A DNA stretch of 64,000 nucleotides from Chrysomallon squamiferum (GCA_012295275.1 CM022670.1:39122001-39186000), one strand, 5' to 3'. Positions 1-14,785 are shown, counted from the first letter of the stretch. Program-made: numbers and translations. The notes: generated by a model from the letters alone, not told the origin.

Positions 1-92
1 AAGGTATCTTGTGAAAAAGAAATTATCTACATATGCAATATTCCCTCTAATTTTTTCAAACCTCTGAATGGAACTTTTGATGCTATGAGAAA

Positions 93-123
<31 letters not shown>

Positions 124-1454
124 TACAGTAGCCAAAATAGACTTATTCAGTAAATTAAAATCAGAGGCAATTACATTTTAATATGACACCAATGCAGAAA
201 CTGCACAGTCTCAAAGTGACTCACCTTGCATTTTACAGGAAATATTGAATATTTGTTGTTTTTTAATTTCAAAGTATTTTGCTTGAGGTAATAATACAGT
301 TCCAATTTAATATAAGTTAATAAAAAAAAAAAAAATATCTGAGGTCACATATTTAACAAACTGATATCATAATTAATTACTAATACTACATACAGGTGGT
401 TAAATATTTCGATGTATAATGGCTGATTATGTTTCTATTTCTGAATTTATCTCAGTATTTTAATACTTAATGATTTAAGATTTAATCAATATTCACACAA
501 AACAATTATTTAAATTATCATTTCCACAGGTTTTGTATGTACCGTATATAGATAGTATCAGTATTTATTTTAAAAAAATAATAAACTAAAACAGGTATGC
601 AACTACTTTCTATTTCCCAATGACAAATTTAAGGTGGACGCCTGTGATTGTAAACATACTTTTAAACTTTATGATCAACAATAGAAAGATATTCAGTCAA
701 TAGGAGAAGGGAACGTTGATCGACCTCCACAAAATTCAAGACCTGAACATTATGGAAAGTAACAGAAAGCTTACTCAGTATGTCATCTGATAACTGAAAA
801 CATACTGACCGATAGCGCTGGGTAGATACTAGACAGAAGATACTAAGATTATAAGATAGAGTTAGAGTATCAAGTATTACGAATTTATGTGACAAAGCTA
901 CACAAACATATGCTATTATAATACCTACCATACGTGCTCTGACTTTTTAGTTTTAAAAGAATACTGAATAAAGTGAATGCGTAATTTTTACGATGAAACA
1001 AGACACAAAAAAAGAAATACCTTTTATGTTTTCATATCTTCTTCCTTCTTGGAGGATTTCTACAACCAGGAAGTAAATGAATGTTCTTCGTTGTGAAGAA
1101 GAGAGTTCTTTCCCTTTAGTCAGGATTCGGAGGGGCCTTATTAAGGTGGTCCATTATAATCTTCATACAGAAAAAAAAAAGACATTATTTTATATATAAT
1201 TATCTCTAGTAGTAAATGTTGAAAACTAATGAATAAATAATGAAAATATAATGGCATTTTAATACATTTTTCATACTGATAGCATTTATTATTTTGATAA
1301 AGACTGAAAGAAGAAACAGATTGCTTCACAATAAATAAACCAAGCTATGCATTGTTCTATAAGCCGTCACGGTCTGTGCATTTTTGTTTAGAAAGAAAAA
1401 ACGTAGCAGTTATTTTACATAGGCATATTTCGGACGCCTGACTAATGAAAAGAG
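1..1454 (-). other. Possible spliced minus-strand transcript (5' part) with no convincing ORF
   Basis: On the minus strand: TCT/TOP-like CTCTTTTC at 1454-1447 with upstream E-box 1503-1512; donors AG|GTATTT at 1021/1020, AA|GTATGT near 659 and AG|GTGAGT at 225/224; acceptor TTTCTCATAG| at 83/82. No long spliced ORF could be built. Confidence 0.3.
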
Positions 1455-1823
1455 TGCACTAACACGGGACAACAACTTGTGATCCGTTCTTCGCCTTCAT
1501 GCGTCACGTGATAAGTAAGACACGATTTTAAACAATGAAGTTAAAAAATGATTCATTATATGATCTCACGTTTTATTTTTGAATCTAGGAAGCCAAAAAA
1601 CAAAACACAGGAAAAAAAGTCACAGCAAAATTATTTTGAACTGAGAAATAAATTAGCAATGAAATATAGATTAAACACATTTTGTCAGAGTTTTATTTTA
1701 ATGTTCTTTGATTTTAATATTGGGGATTTAGGCGGATGTTCCACCTTATTTTCTTCATATAATGGAATTCATAAAGCGTGTGACAAAGCATAGCATTTAC
1801 AATAATAATAGTAGTAGTAGTAG

Positions 1824-1866
<43 letters not shown>

Positions 1867-2141
1867 GTTGTAGTAATAATACCAGTCAGTTTATTCCGAC
1901 ATACTAAATCATTACCACAACATTTTTTTTGAGGTTCCAGTCACATCGTATTTTTGAAAATAATAACGATAAAAATACCGTAAAAACTGCGTTAGCATGA
2001 ATCAAACAGAAAATACACTTATTATATCTTGGAAAAGTAGTCTGTTGTAAGTATTACTGAACTCTCGAATCTGCGATCGATGTGTTTTACAAAGGCGGAA
2101 ATCCAAATATTCAGCGTCACGGAAAACTCATATTGGTTTCT

Positions 2142-2248
2142 CTGTGCCGGGTTTTAAAACCTTTTACAGGCCCCATGCACTGAAATGATTTTGGTGCCCC
2201 GTTTGTATATAATTCAGATTATAAACAATAATCAATCATAAAATAATT

Positions 2249-2287
<39 letters not shown>

Positions 2288-2373
2288 CAAAAGGAAACAA
2301 AACTTATAGTAAGCTGAAAAATAATGTTTATTTTTTTTGTACTTCCACTATATTTATATTTGCAAATTTTTCT

Positions 2374-2408
<35 letters not shown>

Positions 2409-2525
2409 GCAAAATCTTTTTATCTTCAAAATGTATTTAGTTATTATTTGAATGAATATCATTAACCTCTATTATAATTTTTTTTTTTTTTTATGCGCGG
2501 GTGTACGTGCGTACGTGCGCGTTTG

Positions 2526-2571
<46 letters not shown>

Positions 2572-2656
2572 AATTGTTTTCATTTATTATGGAGGCCCCT
2601 TTTTTTGTGGTTCCTGGCTTAGCAGCACGAAATGGTTGTCAGTAAATCCGCCTATG
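2142..2656. mobile_element. Possible highly degenerate MITE interrupted by homopolymers and microsatellites
   Basis: Left end CTGTGCCGGGTTTTA followed by AGGCCCC/GGTGCCCC; right end GGAGGCCCC...TAAATCCGCCTATG. Loose inverted termini of the CAGGGCCGGATTTA type. Confidence 0.25.
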
Positions 2657-4687
2657 GAAATATCTACGCTACCCCTTTCCTTCGATGACCTAGGCACGTG
2701 TTTGTTTTGCTCAGTGCTTAATCCAACTGTGAGCCGTCCATATAATATTACACATGTTCTTTAAGTTAACAGGTGTGTATGTGTTTTGCAATGGTCTTGA
2801 CCTGGTCACAGTACATAGCCTTCTTATCACTAACAATCGAAAACTGGCGGAGCTTTAAGATATAAGGAAAAAAAATCTGACCCTTGACAAATCCAAGGTT
2901 AACAAACAGAGAAACTGTCATTCTCCGCAATCGACATTGGTTTCAGAATCTCTGGTTTATACACAAACATATTTATATTTTTTTCACTGGAAACGTCTTA
3001 AATGCGACATTGTGAAAAATATTTCATTCTTCGCATGTGTTGCCAGTATTTAACACCAAAAAAAAAAAAACACACACATTTATTTATGAAAATGTGTCGA
3101 ATTGCTCCGACATGCGTGCATCGCGCGTGCACTTTTTAGCACGTTTTGTCAACACCCAGGAGAACATCTGCCAGTGATTTGGATGCATCAGTCGATTGTA
3201 CCTTACTGATTGTGCCTGGGGAAAAAAAGCAAGTTTGCATTATTTGTTGTTGTTTTTTTTTTTTTTTTTTTTCTAATAATAATAATAATAATGGCAAATA
3301 ATAATAATAATAAAAAAATAAATAAATAAATAATACACGACGATTTTTGTGTGCGGTGTTTAGCTGTCATGCTTGAACCCACCGAATCACTTACATATTA
3401 AAATATTAAAATAACACGTCCTGTGTCAGATAGTGTTGACTGCTCACACTTGGGAGAATGGCTGCTTTGTGTTCTGAAAACGAATTAGAGCTGAATGTGT
3501 CAGGCGACGCTGAATCCTTTTACTAACACAGAAACTGTTATGGCTCCTCTCATAGGTCGAGCGGAGTATCTAAAAAAAAAACATTTATTTTTTTCCTGTT
3601 TTTTCCTTGTTTTTTTTTTTTTTATTGCCGTGTTTGCGTATTAATGTACGTAGATTTTCAATGAAGCCTACAACCAAAATTTTGCATTGAACAAAATATT
3701 TACTGTATGTTTGTTGAAACATGTAACGCATTAAATGTAAAGGAATAATTTTCATAGGCAACAAAATACTCTTTTTAAAAAAAAATAATTATTATACACC
3801 TTCTCGTAAACAGTAAAGCACATACCAAGATGATTTGAAAACGAGCACTGATTCTATCGATGAATAACCCGAAATTTACAGATATGGAGAAGAGATTTGG
3901 CGACTTAAATATTTAAGACCAGCCTGGTTGAAAGAAACCATGAAAGAAATATACTTTTGATATTAAATAAATAAATAAATAAATACCTTTTCAACAGCCT
4001 AGTATTAAAGGCGGAATGCAATAATACCAGCAGTTATTAAATGACCAGACATTCATTAAACAAAATATTAACTAGTATTGATTCACAAACACGTATTATT
4101 TCACGCTGTTTTTTTTTTTTTTTTTTTTTTTGTTTTGTTTTTAATTTATGTATTATTATTTTATCATCATTATCATCACCACCACCACCATCATCATCAT
4201 CATTATTATTATTATTATTATGCTTTATTGTGATGGAATGTAGTCTAGTATCAGAACTCCATTAGAACCAGAGTTCGCGAAATCTTTATTAGAAAACTAT
4301 CTGTGCTTTCATGACCATGTAAACAAAAATCTTTTCGCTGGTAAGAAGATGCGGCAGCTGGTTTTCAGTCTCGTACCATGCTTTAATGTAAATATAATTA
4401 CACTGAAAACGTTCACACATAAATTAATATCCATTCGTTCTGAAGGTATTTTCCCAGTTAGTAGATAAAAGTGTTCGAGATACTAATACAGTGCTTTCAG
4501 TGGGATGTTCTTTTATCGGTACTGAAATTCAGACGTTATTTTAGTTTGTGCATATGATGCTGTTTACACACAGACTCATACAATGCACACGCGCGCACAC
4601 ACACACACACATAATTACATGGCCACACACGTGACCATGTGATTTACGAACAATTGTATTTTTCAGTAATAAAATCTCTCTCCATTT

Positions 4688-4744
<57 letters not shown>

Positions 4745-4762
4745 ACATATTTATTTATTTAA

Positions 4763-4802
<40 letters not shown>

Positions 4803-4984
4803 TTATTAATTTATTTATTTTCCCTGCAAATAAATGTGAATCAGCTAACGTTTTGAGACATAAAGTAACCAATCAAATAAGCGCTCTTGTCACTATGTAC
4901 TATTAACCAAAAAAAAAAAAAACCCGGCTTCTAAAGTACAGTGCGGGCACACTCGGCTCAAATAGACTGAAGCTGACTGACAGA

Positions 4985-5308
4985 ATGTCTGTTGACCTCC
5001 GAGGGGGTCACGATTGTGACGTTTTGTTCTCGAGAAATGAAAGAAAACTACGATGTCACCGTGCGTATGACTTAAGCAACCGTAAACAGTGTAAAGGGGG
5101 GGAAAACGTGCATGGAGGCACGGGCGATTGAATCGCGCCGTCACGTGATCCACAGTTTTTTCCATAAAGCCTACAACTAGCGGAAGTGATGGATATTAGT
5201 ATCTGTGGTGCACCAGGAGTAGGGGAGTTGGAAGATCTAGCTGGCTTCTCGATCAGAGTTTTGTACGAAAAAAAAAAAAAAATAATAATATTTCCACGCG
5301 ACGTACCG
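4985..5308 (+). promoter_or_regulatory. CpG-rich promoter and probable non-coding first exon of ovoA
   Basis: Local CpG/GC enrichment in an AT-rich background; E-box GTCACGTGAT 5140-5149; ETS CGGAAGT 5181-5187; donor CG|GTATGT at 5309; the downstream DNA is T-rich and intron-like up to the acceptor TTTCAG| at 15374 before the ATG exon. Linkage to ovoA is inferred. Confidence 0.55.
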
Positions 5309-6196
5309 GTATGTCATTTAACTAATATTAATATTAACAGCTTATAATTTAGTCAGAAAATTAATTATGTAGTCAAAATATTCTTTACATTTAATTAATT
5401 CTATAAAATATTATTTTATGATGGTTGATTATTATTATTTGTATATATATATATATTGTTAATTTTTTTTTTTTTTTTTTATAGAGAAATTCTTATTTGT
5501 TTATTTATTTAATTTAATTTTATTTCTTTTGTTTTATGTTCTCAAAAAAATGTATATATATATATATTTTTTTTTTTTTTGAAAAAAATTAACAGAATGT
5601 AAAACGACATTTTAATATTACTAGAATTTTAAACAGTTTTATTTATTATTATTTTTTCAAGGGTTTTTTTTTTTTTTTTTTTTTTTTTTGAATAATATTA
5701 CATATTTATAAAATGTAGAATTCAAGCATTATTATTATTATTATTTTTTTTAAATGTATAATATCCAACTGGCTCATAAGCAGAACACGAATATAATTCA
5801 CATTTTATTAATTTTTTTCCTTTTTTATTATTATTATTAATTTTAAATAAATATCTATATATGATGTAATAGTATAATAAATTTCAGCATCAAAATTTAC
5901 TGTGGTAGTTATCTGAGACAGGTTGCAGTGATCAAAAAGATATCTTCCACATGGAAAGTAATCCATGTTTTAATAAAGTGTTTGTGGATGTAGACACTTG
6001 AAATGAAATGTATTAAAGAATATATTTTGTGGATGTAAATGCTTGTAACAAAGTTGATTAAGAAATATATTTGTTACCATATGATCCAGGTTTGGATAGG
6101 GTTAATTGAAATCAGTAATCATAATTGATTACTATTTGTTTATGTTGACTTATCGTAGTTAAATAATAACAGTTAAGAATTAATCATAACTTAATT

Positions 6197-6335
6197 GTGT
6201 GTGTGTGTGTGTGTGTTGTTATATATATATGTGGGTGCATATGTGTATATATGTGTGTGTGTGCATATTGTGTATATGTGGTATGTGTATGTATGTGTGT
6301 ATGTGTGTATATGTATGTTTGTGTGTGTGTGTGGT

Positions 6336-6381
<46 letters not shown>
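6197..6381. repeat. (GT)n-rich microsatellite
   Basis: Directly visible. Other (GT/CA)n tracts at about 2527-2570, 12620-12668, 23114-23213, 26062-26197 and 35673-35729. Confidence 0.9.
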
Positions 6382-6384
<3 letters not shown>

Positions 6385-8301
6385 ATGTTAGTTTTCCAGT
6401 TATATTCACAATAGCAATCAGCAAACTAGAATTTCAGAATTTATATAATAATACCAGTTTGGTCATAATCGTATAAGAATTTAAAAAAGCAGTTACAATT
6501 AATTATAACTGCTATTGCAAAAGTAGAGTTCGTGAAATGTGTCAATACTATTATATAACTCTGACCCACTTTTGAGCGTGTTTTCTTGTGGAACTTCTGT
6601 AACCTGTGATATCTAATTACCTGATTTTTATCTCAGGAATATTTACCCTAGAATCTGCCCACTTACCTGATTGTCCATTAAATAGGTTATACAGCTTCTT
6701 TGGTTATTTTCTCAAAAAGAAAATTTAAGAAAAAAAAAAAAAAAAAAATAAAAAAGAATAATATATTTGTTATAAAGGTAGATAATTTTTTTTATGTTTT
6801 ATTTCAGATTTTAATTTTTTTTTTTTTTTTTTTTTTTATTATTATTATTCTTATTCTTTTTTTTTTTTTTTTTTTTTGCAATACATAAATTATTGTTTTA
6901 AAAAATAACAATATAATTTGAAATGAAATAATAAACAAAAAAATGTTTTTTGTTTTGAATTAAACATTGGATACTACACAAAGCAGGATGCTGTGGTTGC
7001 CATGGTTACACATGTTTAAATTAACTGAGGGTCTTGATGAAAATGATAATGGGAGAGAGATAAAATAGTTTTATTTATTTATTTAAATTATTACTTTACT
7101 TTTTTTTTATTATTCAATTGTTGATGTCATTTGCAATCAGTATTCATGCATAATAATGTTAAGAATGTTAAATTTTTATAGCATAATAAAGGTGATAAGT
7201 ATAAAAGAAAAAAATTAAAATAATTAAACTCCACCTGTTGTTGTTTTCAGTTCAGTCACTATAAATGTAACCACTGAAGTATGTCTGTAAATGCGGTATC
7301 CTTACAAATTTAATTGTTTCTTCATTTTCTTTCTTAAAAACCTTTTAACAGTGATTTCTTGAGTTACAAGCCTGTAGTGTTTATAATAACTTTAGTCATT
7401 TGTTCATGATATAATACATATATATATACATACATATATATATACATACATGCATGTATACATACATACTACATACATACATGTTACAAACATACATACA
7501 TATTTATATACATATTACATACATATTACATACATACATAGATACATACACACACACATAGATACATACAAATAACATATATATAATTGACATAATCAAT
7601 AAGCTTAACAATTACCCCATGCATACTATTCCATATTCAGTACTCTACAAACCCATAGATTTTGTTACATAAAAATTGTACCTTTTTTCCTGTTTTTTTT
7701 TTTTTTTGTACATAAACACAAATGTTCTAGGGCTTTACTAAATATTGTCAATAGTCAGACATCCATAAGACAGAGAATATTTAAAACCTAAAATACATAC
7801 ATACATACATTATTATTAGACATACACATGTTAGTTTTATAGCAGTTTTGATGTATAAAATTTGCCAGAGATTCTGCATGACATTTTTCAATGTAATTCA
7901 TTTGATGTTTATGTATGTCTGTGTACGTGTGCATGTGTGTGTGGATGTGAGCACGTAGGTATGGGTGTATATACACACACTTATACACATATAATTTGCT
8001 TTGTATTTGTTTTGGATACAGAATAACAACACCTAGTGTATAACCGCAAAGCTCTTGCCGGTAGCACATACAATGTTTTGTATACAGATGTATCGCTTGC
8101 ATTTCAATGGGTACAATAAAATGCTGAATCACCTAAAACAAAATCGGGTGACACATTTTTTACAGAGGGGTGTAGACTTGTAAATGAGGGTACTAAAGAC
8201 TTTATGATATACAGAAGAAAGGTTAGTACATTTAGGTTAAGTACTTTGTAAACCATTATCTTCTCTGTTTTATTATCATTATCATTATCGTTATCATTAT
8301 C

Positions 8302-8345
<44 letters not shown>

Positions 8346-8364
8346 GTTATTGTTATTATTATTA

Positions 8365-8395
<31 letters not shown>

Positions 8396-8956
8396 CATTT
8401 ACTGTTGCTATTGTCATTATTATTGCATTTATCATTGTTATTATGATTATTTAGTCAGAATCATTATGATTTTGCATTTTCTCCAAACAATATGGTTCTT
8501 ATTCTTTGCGTCTGTTAATATATTTATTCTTTTGGAGGATCATTCTGACGTTGCAGTTTTTAATCTGAAAGCATTTACTCCTAAAGCTAATAAACTTCGA
8601 ACTGTTTGGACTTCCATTCACTGAGAACTGTGTTCGTATTGTTATTTTTTGTTATATTTTAAGTTTATTTTGCTCATTTTTGTATCCAGGTGTATAAAAG
8701 ATTGTTCATTTTATGTAGCACTGAGTTAGGTTAGAATAATCCAGTCTCACTTTGAAAGCAAGCTAGACACACTCAAAGGTATGAAACTTTCTGATACTGC
8801 TTGAACTGTTCATGTAAAATATATTAATAACTACCTTATAATTTATCATTATTAATATTATTGTTGGTGTTGTTGTTATTGTTAGTATTATTGTTGTTGT
8901 TATTATTATTCTTGTTATTAATATTATTATCATTATTAATATTATCTTTATAATTA

Positions 8957-8987
<31 letters not shown>

Positions 8988-10988
8988 GTTTCATGATTAT
9001 CATCATCATCATTATTATTTATTTATTTTATTAATTAATTTAATTTTTAAAAAACAAATAGGCATATATTTTATTTATTTATTTATTTATTCCAAAATGT
9101 TCTATGAGTTCAGTTTACTGTATGAATTATTTTCTTTCTCTCTCTCTCTGTGTAACTGACAAGACATTTTTCATCCATTTGAATTACAGCAAACCACAAA
9201 TGTATAAAAAAATATATATATAACATATTACATGATACAGATGCATAAAACATTAAAAATAAAATGAAGTTTTAGTTTCGCGTGTTAGCTGTGCAATGTC
9301 ATGCTACAAACTCCTCTCAGCTAAATTGAAATAATGGCAATTCCATTTACTATACTCTAACGTAATTTTACCGTAAATGAAAGGTAAATATTTAACTACT
9401 TTGGGAGATTCGATTGTTAGATACAAGTATAATAAAAAAAATATATCTGTATAGATAGACTGGTTGATAGAAATGACGTATTAATTACAATCACCTGATC
9501 CTTTAAAAAAAATTAAAAAAAAGAAGGAGAAAAAAGTAGGATGATGTAACATTGAGTGCTAGAAGTGCACTAGTAAATTCCTCCTTTCTAGTGCTAGGGT
9601 GAAAGGATGTTTGTGTGTGTGTGTGTGTGTGGGGGGTGTTTTGTGTGTGTGTGTGTGTGTGTGTGTGGATGGGTGGGTGGGTGAGTGGGTGTGTGTCTTT
9701 ATTTTTTTTTTCCCTTGCCAAAGGAACAGTTTTATATAATTAAAAATTAATAATTAAGAATGTATGTTTATGTATGTTATAAAAAAAGAGCTATAAGATA
9801 ATTTACTGCAGAAACATAAACCAGATATGCATTGTATGCAGATAATGTTATGTTGTCGTCTGATATTAAACAATGAATAGACTAGGTAAGAAGAGTGAAA
9901 TGCTAAATTAAACAAAAATAGATGATATTTTCATTATTGTTCCTTCAGATAATTACATTACTAAAATTAATATTTAAATATGCATTATTAGCACATGGTT
10001 TTAAATACAACAATTCTGCTTTGACTGGTTTTCATGTTTGCTTGTCATTATCATATATTTGTGCAGATAAAGGTTTTGGTGTCTTAGAATACTACTTTTT
10101 TGTTTACTTTTGGAAATAATCAGAGTTATTAGGTCATAAAATCACTGACAATGCTGACAGTTTTTTTTATTTTATTTATTTATTCCTTTTTTTTCTTTTT
10201 TTTTTCTTCACACTTTATGGAAAGTGACATGTGTTTCAGAAATGACAGCTGTTTTAATATAAACACAGTCTGATTGACCTGTTGCCTCTTCTGGCTGAAT
10301 GATTAATAACAGACCAGTCAGAGTAAAGAGAATAATTAATCAGTGGCTATTTGTTGTAATTATAAGTTTGTTTTGATTAATTTTAATATGGTCAAGCAGT
10401 GCACGTATAGCATTGTTTCTTTGTTGACCTGTGTCTGGGTTATATTATACAGAGCAAAATGTGTGTGTGTTGTTGTTGTTTTTATCAGTTTTATTGTTTA
10501 AGAAGGTTTTACTAATGGGCTAGATAGTCTTATAACTTGTTAAATAAATTAAGTAATTAGTAAATGATGATGATGATATAAAGAAAGAAAGAAGCAGAAA
10601 TGGCCAACAACAATGACTTCAAATTACAGGCAGTAAAGAAATGGAATATAAAGTTTTTGTGAGAATTTCTGAACAATATTTATGAATAAACTTTTGTATT
10701 CATTTCAGATTCAGTTTTCTGGCTACTAAAGGTTTATAAAACTTTTTACAAGCACAAAACTGACTTTCATGCTGTCCTTTGCATTGTGTTTAGGCACTTG
10801 GATTATTTACATTGGGTTTACTGGTCATGATCCTTCAGTTTTGTGTAATTCTTGCCTTATTTGACCCAAAAATTAACCTGAATAATAGGTAAAATAAATA
10901 TTTCTCAATGGTACCTGCAGTCATTTGAATATATACTTAATTCATGTTTATATCCACCAAGATACACAAAGAATGGGTCAGATGTTGA

Positions 10989-11035
<47 letters not shown>

Positions 11036-11299
11036 GTGGCCTCATTATGCAAATCCCTGACATGGTTTTATTTTGTTTGAATGAACTGCTTGGTTTTCAA
11101 AAGAATCAGTGATTGCATGCTGTCATTTGTGTCAAATTGCATCTTTCACAGTCTCTGCACATGTACAATACTCTGTCTTTAAGTAGTAGTTCACGTGGAC
11201 ACTTTGTGTACCACTGCAAAGTACGTTAAATGCAACTGAATCTTTTATTAATGTCATTTCTTGCTGCTGGTTTTTTTAAAATTTAAAACAAGTCTGCTT

Positions 11300-11577
11300 T
11301 AAAATCCTGAGTGATCAGAACAAAGGATCAGCCCTCCACATCATCCACACTGAACCATTTACCATTCCAGCCACTATCCAGAACTGGTTTGTAAAAGCCT
11401 GAAGTACATGTTCTCCTGTTACTGGGAAGGTGTGTTTCATATTTTTGTTTTTGCTGATACAACATAATACATAAGAATACGCTAGATGTTTCTTTTCTCA
11501 TTACCAGATACTTCTTAGAATGGTTTAATGAGCAAGAATATAAACAAGTTGAGTATGTTAATAAATATATATTTTTT
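11300..11577 (+). mobile_element. Degenerate mollusc-type SINE relic
   Basis: CCATTCCAGCCACTATCCAGAACTGGTTTGTAAAAGCC...TCCTGTTACTGGGAAGGTG and tail TTGAGTATGTTAATAAA resemble the conserved core and tail of gastropod SINEs as I remember them; not verified by search. Confidence 0.45.
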
Positions 11578-12613
11578 GGTCTCTCTTATGTTGCGTTACG
11601 AATTCAGTTACTATACTGAAATACATACAAATACAGTAAAATATACTTTAATGAAACTCACCACATCAGTTTGAAATATTTCAGATATGCCATGTTTATG
11701 TTGTATGTCATTCAGTTAGGCTGTTGAATAAACCTGTTCAAAAGGGGAAAAAAAGTGTAAAAACATGAAAGTATAAGCAGATGTGATGTATTTGTAAATA
11801 AATTTCTAAATTATGTAAATAAAATATTAAAGCCATCAGTGCTTGCTTTTTTTTTTAGGGAATAAATGTTATTATTCCAGTATATTTTAGTATTCTTTTG
11901 AAAAAATATAATAAAGGTGAAATTATGCATTTTTAAAAAAACAATATATATATAGATGTTTTGTATAAGGTTACAATATTCATTTCCACGTTACAAGCAG
12001 TGAACAGAATTTTCAGTGTATCATTTCATATTTTCATCAGGCCAGTGTAATTTCTGTTTTGTGTTTTTTAACATTTCAGGTCTCAGATGATCATCATGAT
12101 TTATTGAATTTAAAACTACCTGCAGAAAATATCAGTTTCTTCAAAACCAAGGACACATAGTGTTCCTCCCTGTTGTGGGAAAATATTACATAATTTAATG
12201 TGAATAGTGTTAATTAAAAAGAATCTGATGGTGTTATATACATGCTTTTACTCATATCTTGAATCTTCTCTTTCATCATTTTAATTAATGTCGTTCACAG
12301 TTTGTAACAAGGAAAAGTTTTTTTTTTTTTAAATCGTTAAAAATAATGATAAAAAAAACCCAGATTAAAATGATGAATAGTTGTTATGTTTAAATTATAG
12401 AATATTCAATCAAATGAAGTCCATACTTAAGAAGTATTATTTGATTCATTTTTTATTTTCCTTTTTATTTTAATTTTTTTTTATTGCAATTGTTAAGTAA
12501 TACTAATATCAGCTAATATATTTTTATATTTGAAAATAGGTTTATACAGTATATTTTCTATATCATGATGAAAAATTGCAAATTTTGCAAAATGACATAA
12601 AGTTTATGAATAT

Positions 12614-12672
<59 letters not shown>

Positions 12673-14284
12673 ATATATTCATAATTATGTTTTTTTTTCA
12701 TTTTCCAAGAAACCTTCAAGACAAAATAATATGAGGAGCAACATGGTTACCATGTCTTTCTTTCAGGATTTATTATTTATATTCCAGTCATTGTCACTGA
12801 TTTTTTTATTAGCTTTTACCATGCGTAGTTTCAGTGGACCACAGTGAATGTTGATTATTGTACTAAACAGATACTCACAGTGTCTAAATTAACAGTGTTA
12901 TGTAATCTTTTGTTTACTGCCTTAACGCTGCAGTAACAATAACAATAACAATAACAATAAATTTAACTCAAATATAAATACTTTATTATGTGTAGGATTA
13001 TGTACGGTTTATGTGTCAGAGATTTTGTGTTTTACCTGTTACCTGTGTGCGCTGTTACATATTTATATGTTTTTGTATATAAAAGCTTATACATATGTAA
13101 CATTACATAATACATGATTGTGTCAATATCAATTGTAATGGTGTATGTATTTTTGATAAGCATCTGACTGTGTATGCATGCACTAATCTCTTAAATGACA
13201 CTGCAGCTACTGATACCTATTGATTTTACTAATACTAGTCATTTAGTATTACATTTTTACCTACACTCTGCTGAAGTAAATAATGAGATATTCAATATCA
13301 GTTCAAGTCCTTACTCTGATACAATCGATACAGGATTGCTGGTCATAATTAAATATACAACTTCCGCTGCTTAACTCTGTCTTCACTATCCATCTCAAGT
13401 TCAGATTATAGAAATAAGACGACGAATTTTCATGCTGATTTAGCTGAGATTTAGTAACAATCCTCTTGAACTCGGCATTAATTCGAAACATTTTTAAAAA
13501 CCTCTGAAAATTACCTTTCAGAATAGATTTACTTGATGGCATTGAAACTGGTGTCGTATAATCACTTCGTTTGTGGTTAGTGAAGCTTAAAATAGCAAAA
13601 CTCTTAAGTGGATGTGTAATTTGTAATGTGAGTAAAAGATGGGGGGAAAAAATAATAATTAAGGCAAAATTCTAAAAAATAAAATTTTCAAAAACACTTT
13701 ATTCTAGACAGGAAATCACATGAGTACAAATAGAATAGGTCCTGGAGTACTGGGTGACTAGATAAAGACAGATGATTGTTCCCATTGTATCCAGGTGAAA
13801 ATAAAAAATGCTTCTGCTGAATACTTCAAAGTCTGTAACTGTCAAACAGAGGAAATAGGATGCAGGTGTGAAATCACCTTAAATTTTTTAATCTTTTAAA
13901 TCTTTATGTTGATAGAAATAATTTAAAAAACAGCATTCATAACGACTGTTTTTTTTTTTTTTTCTACATATTTAACCTTTGAATCTTCATTGTACAAATT
14001 TCAACACAATCAAATTCACCAAAAGAAAAGAAAAGAAAAAATTATATTTTTAAAACTTACACGTTACTGAAAGTTCTGTCTAATATAATTTACAAAAAAA
14101 TAAAAATAAAAATATAAAAAAATAAATCTTGACAGTTTATGTAATAAAATCATCTTTAATGTCATGAAATATTAGATACAAAAAAATATGTATACATAAA
14201 TCTGTCAGTTTGCATAATGTAACTGGATTAAATAATATCACAGAATGTTTAAAAAATTTTTTATTTGACTTTTTGTCCTCAGCT

Positions 14285-14785
14285 TAGACAGATAATAACA
14301 GAGTTGTCATAGTAAATAATCTGTCACGTCTGTAATCTATAATAATGATTTTTTTAGATTTCTTTTTAAAAATGAGTCTTTAATCAACTCACAGATCAGC
14401 TCTGTTCAGACAATGATTTTGTCATTATGTTTTTTTTTTTTTTTTTTTTTCCCCTCTTAAAAGAGATAATAAGAGGTTTGTCACAGTAAATCTGTCACAT
14501 TTACATCATATAAAGCTGTAAGATTATCTGATTTAAAATGAGACATCCCCCCCCCAACAACTTTAGATCAGGTTTCGTTTTCAGACCTGTTTGTTTTTTT
14601 TCATCATCTAAAACATGATACGGTATTTGTCACAGTAAATCTTTGTCACATTTACGTAATATAACTAAATCGATTTTTAACAAAAAAAAATTTGTTTTTT
14701 TAAATGAGACTGCCAGCAATTTTTAGATCAATTATTACATGAATACTTTTTTTTTTTTTTTTAAACTGATGATAAGAGATTTGTT
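14285..14785. repeat. Degenerate tandem repeat, about 150-180 bp units, three copies plus a partial
   Basis: Recurring blocks GATAA..AGAG.TTGTCA(C/T)AGTAAAT..TGTCAC and AAATGAG(A/T)C...AGATCA starting near 14290, 14465 and 14617, with a partial unit at 14770. Confidence 0.65.

Noticed and set aside
445-525. C/D-box snoRNA candidate on the minus strand
   Set aside because: The C box is imperfect (ATGATAA), there is no clear terminal stem and no recognisable rRNA complementarity.
6195-6476. Cys/Val-, His/Thr-, Ile-, Leu/Ser- and FIYL-rich ORFs in the track (also 2501, 12620, 23010, 23868-24228, 26004, 34130, 58126)
   Set aside because: They are translations of (GT)n, (CA)n, (TTA)n, (TTTA)n and (GA)n microsatellites.
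13303-13542. 79-aa minus-strand ORF in the long ovoA 5' intron
   Set aside because: No recognisable motif or splice partners; possibly a repeat relic, but unsupported.
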